DNA of 50,168 nt, from positions 1-50,168 of the forward strand of contig JAWOBA010000210.1 of the NCBI GenBank assembly GCA_046498285.1. The letters are read 5' to 3'. This document shows positions 16,332-24,487 of this stretch, piece by piece. The notes below the pieces were generated by a model. The model made no database searches and was not told the DNA's origin. It saw only the letters and a list, made by a program, of their open reading frames with translations. The stretch is from Desulfatiglandales bacterium. Lineage in GTDB: Bacteria > Desulfobacterota > DSM-4660 > Desulfatiglandales > B25-G16. Numbering within the stretch: position 1 is the first letter of the stretch; every line of letters starts with the position of its first letter. Made by a program: the position numbers and the translations under genes.

Positions 16332-18180
16332 TATAGTGCCTCCTGCCTTTATATTTATTCTTGGTGCAATTCTCCTTCCCCTTTTTCAGGGGAGAAGACT
16401 GAGACAGATTTTTCAGCTCCTTATTCCTCTGATAGCCTTCATAGATCTCCTCTATATGCCTAAAGGTACTTACTGGGTCTATAATTTTCTGGGATATGAC
16501 CTTATCCTTGGCAGGGTAGATAAGCTCAGCATGTGTTTTGGATATGTGTTTGTCATTGTTGCCTTTTTGGGAATGATTTATGCTCTCCATGTAAGGGAAG
16601 TTGGGCAGCATACCGCCGCTTTTCTTTATATAGGGAGCACCCTTGGAGTTACATTTGCCGGCGATATATTTACCCTGTTTGTTTTTTGGGAAATTATGGC
16701 TGTATCCTCCGTATTTCTCATTTGGTATCAAAGAGATAAAGCAGCCCTTGATGCCGGATTCAGGTATATTATGGTTCATATATTCGGCGGTTGTGCTCTT
16801 TTGGCTGGCATTCTTATACATGTATCAAATACAGGATCCACACAATTTGGTTTTATAGAGTATGGAGGACTTGGTTCTCAACTCATACTCCTTGGTTTTA
16901 TCATCAATGCTGCTGTACCCCCTTTTCATGCCTGGCTTTCTGATGCCTATCCAGAGGCCACTGTCACCGGAAGTGTGTTCTTGACAGCCTTTACTACTAA
17001 AAGTGCTGTATATGTGCTTTTAAGGACTTTCCCCGGCGTTGAACTCCTGGTCTGGTTGGGGGCCATTATGGCGTTATATGGTGTGGTATATGCGGTTCTT
17101 GAAAATGATATTAGAAGACTTCTTGCATACCATATCATCAGTCAGGTTGGGTATATGGTATGTGGGGTGGGTTTAGGAACCGAAATGGCCATAAATGGTT
17201 CCACCGCACATGCCTTTTCCCATATTTTATACAAGGCCCTGCTTTTCATGGGCGCTGGAGCAGTAATTTATGTAACAGGAAGAAGAAAACTCACTCAACT
17301 GCAGGGGAGAAACTTATACAAGAAAATGCCTATCTGTCTCTCTCTGTATATGATAGGTGGTTTTTCTATTTCTGCGGTCCCACTCTTCAATGGCTTTATA
17401 AGTAAAACTATGGTTGTTGCTGCAACCGGTGAGTTGCATAGACCTATCATACACCTGCTATTACACTTGGCATCCATAGGGACATTCCTCCATACAGGCC
17501 TGAAGCTTCCCTATGGCATTTGGTTTGGCAGGACTCCTGAGGGAGAAAAAATTGAAGAGGAAGAGATAGAGGCTACTGAGCCTCCCTTGAATATGCTGAT
17601 AGCCATGGCTATGACCGCCTTTTTGTGTACCTTAACAGGTGTTTATCCCAAGATACTTTACGATATCCTTCCTTATCCTGTACATTATCATCCTTACACA
17701 GTAAAACATGTAGTTGGGATGATGCAGCTATTACTGCTAACGGCTGGTGCATTTTGGCTTTATATAGATAAACTTGGCGGTGAACCTAAGGTTAGCGTTG
17801 ACACAGATTGGTTCTACAGAAAGCCAAGTGTACTTCTACTTTGGTTTGTCAGTAATCCATTGCAGGACCTCAGGCTTAAACTACAGGGTTTTTTTACCAC
17901 AATGGTGGCAAACATTGCAAGTCTGAGTAAAAATCCCATTTTACTCCCCGAGATAACAGTAAGGTATTTTCACCTGAAAATTATCAATAGGATTTATCAA
18001 GCATCTGATGCATATAAGGATAAACGAGGCGAGCTAAAAGAATTGGAATCCAAACTCGCTGCGCTAAAAGAAATGAGATACGATGAAAATGTATACCGAA
18101 GGCCCATAGGTCTTGGTGTACTTGTTGCAATAATCCTATTGTTTATTTATGGTTTGATCTATCTTATTAGATTACATTAA
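16324..18180 (+). CDS. NuoL/MrpA-class antiporter-like subunit (618 aa) with C-terminal helix plus TM anchor
   Basis: Start set at ATG 16324 (MIDIVPPAFIFILGA) by analogy with its paralog. Hallmarks: WEIMAV, WLSDAYPEA, FTTKSAVY, HAFSHILYKALLFMGAG, GFISK. The C-terminal ~135 aa are amphipathic or coiled stretches ending in YRRPIGLGVLVAIILLFIYGLIYLI. Confidence 0.85.
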   Translation: MIDIVPPAFIFILGAILLPLFQGRRLRQIFQLLIPLIAFIDLLYMPKGTYWVYNFLGYDLILGRVDKLSMCFGYVFVIVAFLGMIYALHVREVGQHTAAFLYIGSTLGVTFAGDIFTLFVFWEIMAVSSVFLIWYQRDKAALDAGFRYIMVHIFGGCALLAGILIHVSNTGSTQFGFIEYGGLGSQLILLGFIINAAVPPFHAWLSDAYPEATVTGSVFLTAFTTKSAVYVLLRTFPGVELLVWLGAIMALYGVVYAVLENDIRRLLAYHIISQVGYMVCGVGLGTEMAINGSTAHAFSHILYKALLFMGAGAVIYVTGRRKLTQLQGRNLYKKMPICLSLYMIGGFSISAVPLFNGFISKTMVVAATGELHRPIIHLLLHLASIGTFLHTGLKLPYGIWFGRTPEGEKIEEEEIEATEPPLNMLIAMAMTAFLCTLTGVYPKILYDILPYPVHYHPYTVKHVVGMMQLLLLTAGAFWLYIDKLGGEPKVSVDTDWFYRKPSVLLLWFVSNPLQDLRLKLQGFFTTMVANIASLSKNPILLPEITVRYFHLKIINRIYQASDAYKDKRGELKELESKLAALKEMRYDENVYRRPIGLGVLVAIILLFIYGLIYLIRLH

Positions 18181-18477
18181 GTCTTCAAAAAAAAGACTTT
18201 GCTATACTCCATATCAGTGATTCGGTAACTTGGATAATGGAATATTGCTGGTAGAAAGGGATGTTATCAATTATGTTGGTTTTTGATTTTATCCGCATGT
18301 TTTTCTGCCTGCCCTCCCTATTATATCGGGATAGACGGGCGTCAGGCTGGGCTTGATTGATCACGATGCTGGATAGATATCACTTATCCTGATATTCCAT
18401 AATTCCAAAAATCTAATTGTGGTGAAGGCACGAAGTTTGCCCTATATTGTGATTACTGTACATAAAGGGAGTCCAAT

Positions 18478-18687
18478 ATGAAAAGGATACTTAAAGGCTT
18501 ATTTATTCTATTGGCTGTGGTATCTATCCCGGTTGGATTTTTTATTAGGCATGACCACGTTGTCTTTTTTTGGCACAAAATTCCATCAGTTGAGGCGGTT
18601 TTTGGAGTTATTGGGGCCTTCGTATTGATAGCGGCTACAGCGATACTGTCTTCCTTTGCACAAAAGAAGGAGGATTTCTATGATTAA
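18478..18687 (+). CDS. Small (69 aa) two-TM protein, paralog of 16119-16331
   Basis: ATG with RBS AGGGAG. MKRILKGLFILLAVVSIPVGFFIRHDHVVFFWHKIPSVEAVFG. Stop overlaps the next start (ATGATTAA). Confidence 0.7.
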   Translation: MKRILKGLFILLAVVSIPVGFFIRHDHVVFFWHKIPSVEAVFGVIGAFVLIAATAILSSFAQKKEDFYD

Positions 18688-20443
18688 GGCCATCCCACCT
18701 AGCTTTGTATTTATCCTCGGGGCAATGCTAATTCCTTTTTTGAAAGGAAGAGTTAAACAGCTGTATATGCTTATGGTTCCTGTAGTGGCATTTTTAGATA
18801 TTGCATATCTTCCTTCAGGCACAAGCTGGATATATAACTTTTTAGGATATGATCTCATATTTTGCAAGGTTGATAAACTGAGCCTGATAGTAGGGTATAT
18901 ATTTATCATTATAGCTTTTTTAGCCATACTATATAGCCTGCATTTAAAACAGGATGGGCAGCATATAGCAGCCTTCCTGTATGTAGGGAGTTCTTTAGGA
19001 GTAGTCTTTGCGGGAGATTATTTCAGCTTATTTGCCTTCTGGGAAATTATGGCTGTGGCGTCTGTATTCCTCATATGGTTTAAAAAAGATAAGGATTCTC
19101 TGAATGCCGGCTTTAGGTATATTTTGATGCACATATTTGGCGGCTGTTGCCTGTTAACTGGCATTATTATTTATACGGTCAGCAAAGGATCTATTGCTAT
19201 AGACCTTTTTGAACCCAGTGCTGCCTATTGGTTTATACTTGTTGGGTTTGGACTCAACACCGCTTTTATCCCTATTCATACATGGTTACCAGATGCCTAT
19301 CCTGAGGGAACCATCACCGGGAGTGTGTTTCTTTCTGTTTTTACTACAAAAACAGGTGTCTATGTATTGGCAAGGTGTTTTTCAGGTGTGGAATTGGTAG
19401 CTTACATGGGTGGCATTATGGCAGTATACGGTGTTATATTTGCGTTACTGCAAAATGATGCTCGAAGACTGCTTGCCTACCATATTATCAGCCAGGTGGG
19501 ATATATGGTGGCAGGTGTTGGAGTGGGAACGGCGCAGGGGGTAAATGGCGGAATGGCTCATGTCTTTAACCACATTTTATATAAGGCACTCCTCTTTATG
19601 TGTATGGGCTCGGTTATGTATATGACAGGAAAAAGAAAATTAACCGACATGGGAGGATTAGCAAAGTTTATGCCTGTTACATGTATCACCTTTGTCATAG
19701 CTGCGCTTTCAATTTCTGGGGCCCCAGGCTTTAATGGATTTATAAGCAAGGGGATGGTTATAGCCTCTACGGTAGAGGCACACATGCCAGTATTAGAGCT
19801 CATGTTGACTCTGGCATCTGTAGGAACATTCCTTTCTTTTGTGAAGCTTGGCTATTTTGCCTTCTTTGCTGATAATCCCGATATAACATCCAAGGAGGCT
19901 CCCTTCAATATGCAACTGGCAATGGGCTTGACTGCCTTTTTGTGTGTCTTCATCGGTCTTTACCCTAACATACTCTTTGACCTGCTTCCTTACAGCGTGA
20001 TTGATTATCACCCTTTTACCCTTTCCCACATATTTGGTGTTATTCAACTATTTTTGTTAGCCGGAATAGGGTTTATATTAGCCAAAGCCATGGTTGTGCC
20101 TCACAGGGCAACTATTTTAGATTTTGACTATTTCTATCGAATGGGAGGAAGGGGCCTGATATGGTTATCTACTGTGCCTATGAGCAGATTTAGATCCGCA
20201 TTGCAGGAGAGCTTTTCTAGGGCGGTATACATCATTGCTCGTTTAGCCAAAAACCCCATCTCGATTCTCGAAATACCAACAGCATATATTTATTTAAGAA
20301 TCACAAAAGGGCTGAGATATGTCAGCGGGTATTCTTCTGGTGAAACGTATAATGAAGGTCTATATCGAAGACCTATAGGTGTTGGAGTTCTTATAGCCAT
20401 TATAATGCTTTTTGTGTTTGCTTTGATTTATTTTATTTTTTAA
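18680..20443 (+). CDS. NuoL/MrpA-class antiporter-like subunit (587 aa), paralog of 16324-18180
   Basis: ATG 18680 preceded by AAGGAGGA. MIKAIPPSFVFILGA. Hallmarks: WEIMAV, WLPDAYPEG, FTTKTGVY, HVFNHILYKALLFMCMG, GFISK. C-terminal tail ends in YRRPIGVGVLIAIIMLFVFALIYFIF. Confidence 0.85.
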   Translation: MIKAIPPSFVFILGAMLIPFLKGRVKQLYMLMVPVVAFLDIAYLPSGTSWIYNFLGYDLIFCKVDKLSLIVGYIFIIIAFLAILYSLHLKQDGQHIAAFLYVGSSLGVVFAGDYFSLFAFWEIMAVASVFLIWFKKDKDSLNAGFRYILMHIFGGCCLLTGIIIYTVSKGSIAIDLFEPSAAYWFILVGFGLNTAFIPIHTWLPDAYPEGTITGSVFLSVFTTKTGVYVLARCFSGVELVAYMGGIMAVYGVIFALLQNDARRLLAYHIISQVGYMVAGVGVGTAQGVNGGMAHVFNHILYKALLFMCMGSVMYMTGKRKLTDMGGLAKFMPVTCITFVIAALSISGAPGFNGFISKGMVIASTVEAHMPVLELMLTLASVGTFLSFVKLGYFAFFADNPDITSKEAPFNMQLAMGLTAFLCVFIGLYPNILFDLLPYSVIDYHPFTLSHIFGVIQLFLLAGIGFILAKAMVVPHRATILDFDYFYRMGGRGLIWLSTVPMSRFRSALQESFSRAVYIIARLAKNPISILEIPTAYIYLRITKGLRYVSGYSSGETYNEGLYRRPIGVGVLIAIIMLFVFALIYFIF

Positions 20444-20498
20444 CATGTAAAATAGTTACTGATTTCTGCTTACCTATTTTTTACTTGGCAGATGCAAT

Positions 20499-20749
20499 GA
20501 GACCTTTGAAAAACCCGGCGATTTTCACCATCCACAAAAAGACGATGGACTTTTTTGAAGTGACTGGTGGAAGGGTGCTGTCTTTTCGTAATGTATCAGT
20601 GGGGGAACCCGCAGGCCCCGATTTATCGGGGCAATGCGGAGGGGGCAAAACTCCCCCATGGATACGTTGCTGAAAAGACCAGCCCGGAAGCCTCGGAACT
20701 GAAAAAAAGCCCATCGTCTTTAGATCAAAAGGCGTTATGCAAAGGTCTC
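20499..20749 (+). repeat. GAGACCTTTG-TIR hairpin repeat, copy B: core plus 92-nt nested insert
   Basis: Same termini as copy A (GAGACCTTTGAAAAACCCGGCGATTTTCACCATCC ... GCGTTATGCAAAGGTCTC). 20581-20672 is an extra GC-rich block absent from copy C. Confidence 0.85.
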
Positions 20750-21059
20750 GCAATAGGTTCGTTTTTCATATTATCGTTTTGTTCGAAGGAATCCAAATTC
20801 CATTTGGGTAAATTATTACAGCATATATTATGTAAGACTTTTACATGTTATAAAAAGCTAAAGATAGTTGATTTTTTTCTATATCTTGGGCATATTTTTA
20901 GTAATGGTTGTGTGGCCCCAAGATAATCTCATCTTAGAACGAATTTTTTGTTGTGGATGAAAAACATCAAAATCGATAGAAATAAGCCATGAAGAGACAG
21001 GAGCGCCAAAAATAGGAGGGTGAGGATATCCAAAATACGCTAGAAAAGGAGAGCAAGTT

Positions 21060-21905
21060 ATGGAAATCAAAAAGATGCTGTTTGTAACTGATTTTGAGGA
21101 ATTGTGGTTTGATGCCTTACGATCATTAATGGTACTTAGAGAAGCAGGTCTTGACCACGTTGTGCTCATGCACGTGATAGACCGGAGCATAGGTTATTAT
21201 ACTACGGACGAAAAGAAGCGCCTTACAGCAATGGCTGAAGTTCGTTTTGTGGATTGGGCTCAAAGTCTATTTGAGGAGGGCATGGAATGTGGATCGTATA
21301 TTGTGGTGGGAGATACTGTTTCTAAGGTTCTGGAAGCCGATAAAGAGGAAGAAGCAGACCTGATTGTAATCAGTCGTCAGAAGAGGACCAAACTGCAAAA
21401 GCTTTATATAGATTCTAAGACAATAGAATTAGTCAGAAAAGCTACAACACCGGTCTTGGTACATAAATACAAGTTAGAATCTGGCAAGGTGAATGATAAG
21501 GTGTTTGAGAGACCACTTTTGGCAACAGATTTTTCCCCTCCAGCTAACAGGGCGCTGGAGTTTTTAGTCAGTATTAAAGATACTATCAAAAAGCTACAGG
21601 TAATCCACGTTGAAACTGATAAAGATATGGCTGGCTTGGGGAAACGAGGTCTTATGAAGGTAGAAAGGGAGAAAAGGAAAAAGCTCGATGAATTATGCGA
21701 AGCCCTTGAAGAAGAAGGGATAGAAGCAGAATATCATCTTTATATCGGGGATTTCACCCAGATTGAAAATGCAGCCAGAGAACGTGATGCCACTCTCATT
21801 GCCACAGGGACAAGTGGAAAGAGTTCCTGGCAGGCGAGATGGTTGGGAAGTGTTTCTCAGCAGGTGGCAGAGGTATCAGAGTTGCCTACATTATTAGTTC
21901 CTTGA
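21060..21905 (+). CDS. Tandem universal stress protein (UspA-like) domain protein
   Basis: 281 aa, paralog of 8172-9050. The C-terminal half keeps a G-2x-G-9x-G-S type motif (GTSGKSSWQARWLGS) followed by LPTLLVP. RBS AAGGAGAG. Confidence 0.85.
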   Translation: MEIKKMLFVTDFEELWFDALRSLMVLREAGLDHVVLMHVIDRSIGYYTTDEKKRLTAMAEVRFVDWAQSLFEEGMECGSYIVVGDTVSKVLEADKEEEADLIVISRQKRTKLQKLYIDSKTIELVRKATTPVLVHKYKLESGKVNDKVFERPLLATDFSPPANRALEFLVSIKDTIKKLQVIHVETDKDMAGLGKRGLMKVEREKRKKLDELCEALEEEGIEAEYHLYIGDFTQIENAARERDATLIATGTSGKSSWQARWLGSVSQQVAEVSELPTLLVP

Positions 21906-22073
21906 TTAAGGGCAAGGAGGAGATTGCGATCAATATACCTGAAACTCAGGAATATGGTGGGATTTCAGTATATGTTGTTTTTCCATTGGAATCCTAGTTC
22001 GGGAAGTTGTAAAGATAAATATGATGCTCTAAGCAGATAAAATGATACCCTATTTATTGCAAGAAAGAATAAG

Positions 22074-23762
22074 ATGAGAAATATTTTAAACAATTCCAGC
22101 ATCGCTATCGTGGGGGGAGGCAGGGTCTGTAAGGCTATGCTTAAGATTGTAATGGGAGAGAATTTCCATCAGAAAATGGCCATCCTTGGCGTAGCAGATA
22201 TAAATTACCGGGCCGAGGGCCTGGTATATGCTAGAAAAAAAGGGATATTTACTACCCTTGACTACAGGGAATTGTATAAGATCGAAGGTCTGAATTTGAT
22301 AATCGAGATAACAGGTGATGATAAGCTACTGAATGAAATCAAGTTGACGAAACCAGCAAATGTAAGGCTAATAGACCACCTCGAGGCTATGTCAGTCTGG
22401 GATTTTCTTCAGATTGAAGAGCAAAGCGTGAGGAGTCAAAGAGAGTTAAGAGAACATATATGCGAGCCAGATAAGATCGAGAAGGAGTTTGTTCTATTCT
22501 CTTATCAGCTTTCCAGAATCGTAGAGGAAAGAACGAGGCATTTGCAGGAGGTGGAGAGAGGAATCGTAGAGAGGGAGAGGACCTTGTCACAGATAATAGA
22601 TGGAAATACTATACCCACCTTTGTAATAAACAAGGATCATATTGTAACCCACTGGAACAGGGCCTGTGAGAATTTAACCGGCTATAAGACCGAGGAGATA
22701 GTAGGAACCAATAAACAATGGTTACCCTTCAGGGGGGAAGAAAGGCCGATCATGGCCGATGTTATAGTAGATGAAATGGAGGAGGAGGAGATAGATAGAT
22801 ACTATGGCCACAGTTGGCGGAAATCAGCCCTTATAGAGGGCGCGTATGAGGCAGAGGAATTCTTTTCACACATCGGCAAAAAAGGCAAATGGCTCCTTTT
22901 TACGGCTTCACCGATTAGAGAAGCGGATGGAAAAATGGTGGGATCAATTCAAACCTTCTGGGATACAACAGAGCGTAGAGAGGCTAAAGAGGCATTGCAA
23001 AACGCCCACGATGACTTGGAGCAAAAAACGAAAGAACTTGAGCAGGCAAACCTAGAGCTAAAAAAACTTGATGAACTTAGATCTGCTTTTCTGGCAAATA
23101 TGTCCCATGAACTCAGAACCCCGCTCAATTCAATAATTGGTTATACAGAACTGCTCTTAGATAGGATAGATGGGGATGTTACCAACGAGCAAGAGAACAG
23201 CCTGACAAAGGTTCATAATAATGCTAAAAATTTACTCACCTTAATCAATGAAATTTTGGATATGTCCAGGATTGAATCTGGAAGAGTGGAATTGGACTTG
23301 AAGCCAGTCGATTTACAGGATATTATCCAGACAACTATTTCCAGCCTTGAACCAATGATAAACAAAAAGCCGTTGATTATAGAAACAGATTTTGAAGACA
23401 ATTTACCACTGGCATATGCAGACCCGAATAGGGTTAGGCAAGTGATAACAAATCTTCTGAGTAATGCCATTAAATTTACCTCGAAGGGTAGTATTAGCTT
23501 AAGTGCCAGATTATTTCAGACACCTGCATTCGTCGAGATCTGTGTTTCAGACACAGGCATGGGAATTAGAAAAGAGGATTTTGATAAGCTGTTTGATATG
23601 TTTACACCACTTGATACCTCAGCAACCCGTCAATATGGAGGGGTCGGCTTAGGGCTTAGTATCTGCAAAGGGTTGGTTGAAATGCAGGGTGGAAAAATCT
23701 GGGTTGAGAGTAAATATGGATTGGGAAGCAAGTTTTATTTTACGTTGCCTGTAAAAGAATAA
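22074..23762 (+). CDS. Sensor histidine kinase: Rossmann-like N-domain, PAS, classical HisKA and HATPase
   Basis: The first ~320 aa are paralogous to 3957-6056 (SIAIVGGGRVCKAMLKIV..., IPTFVINKDHIVTHWN). H-box MSHELRTPLNSI. ATPase boxes NLLSNAIKFT, DTGMGI, GVGLGLSI. Confidence 0.9.
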   Translation: MRNILNNSSIAIVGGGRVCKAMLKIVMGENFHQKMAILGVADINYRAEGLVYARKKGIFTTLDYRELYKIEGLNLIIEITGDDKLLNEIKLTKPANVRLIDHLEAMSVWDFLQIEEQSVRSQRELREHICEPDKIEKEFVLFSYQLSRIVEERTRHLQEVERGIVERERTLSQIIDGNTIPTFVINKDHIVTHWNRACENLTGYKTEEIVGTNKQWLPFRGEERPIMADVIVDEMEEEEIDRYYGHSWRKSALIEGAYEAEEFFSHIGKKGKWLLFTASPIREADGKMVGSIQTFWDTTERREAKEALQNAHDDLEQKTKELEQANLELKKLDELRSAFLANMSHELRTPLNSIIGYTELLLDRIDGDVTNEQENSLTKVHNNAKNLLTLINEILDMSRIESGRVELDLKPVDLQDIIQTTISSLEPMINKKPLIIETDFEDNLPLAYADPNRVRQVITNLLSNAIKFTSKGSISLSARLFQTPAFVEICVSDTGMGIRKEDFDKLFDMFTPLDTSATRQYGGVGLGLSICKGLVEMQGGKIWVESKYGLGSKFYFTLPVKE

Positions 23763-23787
23763 TGGTATTGCAAGAGACAAATAAAGA

Positions 23788-23946
23788 GAGACCTTTGAAA
23801 AACCTGGCGATTTTCACCATCCCCAAAAAGACAATGGACTTTTTTGAAGTGACTGGTGGAAGGGTGCTGAAAAGACCAGCCCGGGAGCCTCGGAACTGAA
23901 AAAAAGCCCATCGTCTTTAGATCAAGAGGGGTTATGCAAAGGTCTT
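23788..23946 (+). repeat. GAGACCTTTG-TIR hairpin repeat, copy C (159-nt core form)
   Basis: GAGACCTTTGAAAAACCTGGCGATTTTCACCATCC ... GGGGTTATGCAAAGGTCTT. The shortest copy that keeps all shared blocks; used as reference for inserts in A, B and E. Confidence 0.85.
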
Positions 23947-24066
23947 AAAGAGAATTCCATTATTCCATGGATTTCATAAAAATTAATCTGACTTCAAAGG
24001 GTTATGATATTTTACTGCGAAAATCGAAAGACACTAAACTTAAGCCAGATTTGAGAAAGAATAGGT

Positions 24067-24468
24067 ATGGATAATAAGGGAATTCAGAAAGGTTCATCAC
24101 AGAAAGTTTTAGTGGTTGAGGATAATCAGGATAACCGGGAGTTGGTAGTGAAGGTCTTGGAGCTTACCGGCTATCATGTAGTTGAGGCAGTTGATGGGAA
24201 AGAGGCTATAGAAAAAGCGAGGGCTGAGAACCCGGATCTGATTCTTATGGATCTTTTTATACCAAAGATAGATGGCTATGAGGTAACAAAAAGATTGAAG
24301 GGTGATAGAGATCTTAAGCATATTCCGATAATTGCACTCACTGCACATGCAATGAAAGGAGATATGGAAGTTGCCTTAGCCGCAGGTTGTGATGACTATA
24401 TGCCCAAACCCATTGATATCAAGGAATTGCCTAAGCAAATAAAACGCTTTCTTAAAAATAATCCATAA
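24067..24468 (+). CDS. Stand-alone CheY-like response regulator
   Basis: 133 aa. VLVVEDNQDNRE, DLILMDLFIPKIDG, ALTAHAMKGD, DDYMPKP. Confidence 0.9.
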   Translation: MDNKGIQKGSSQKVLVVEDNQDNRELVVKVLELTGYHVVEAVDGKEAIEKARAENPDLILMDLFIPKIDGYEVTKRLKGDRDLKHIPIIALTAHAMKGDMEVALAAGCDDYMPKPIDIKELPKQIKRFLKNNP

Positions 24469-24487
24469 TCTTTTTGTGGACATTGCA

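Noticed and set aside
16225-16821. 198-aa minus-strand ORF, and similar antisense ORFs (for example 5978-6478, 25006-25479, 14102-14380, 18586-18927, 702-1232)
   Set aside because: They lie entirely antisense to well-supported genes, have compositions typical of shadow frames, and show no RBS or recognisable motifs.
10173-20443. Reading the cluster as part of a membrane-bound hydrogenase (Mbh/Ech/Hyf) or complex I operon
   Set aside because: No NuoB/C/D/H/I-like, [NiFe] large or small subunit, or Fe-S protein genes are present in or adjacent to the cluster. Only Mrp-type membrane subunits are seen.
20481-20926. Three overlapping ORFs (20481-20753 minus, 20485-20673 plus, 20567-20926 plus) between the last mrp gene and the USP gene
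   Set aside because: They lie on repeat copy B. Similar peptides (for example MGFFS.PRLPGWSFQ) are produced from copy E only because the DNA repeat is the same. Indels between copies break the frames, and there is no RBS.
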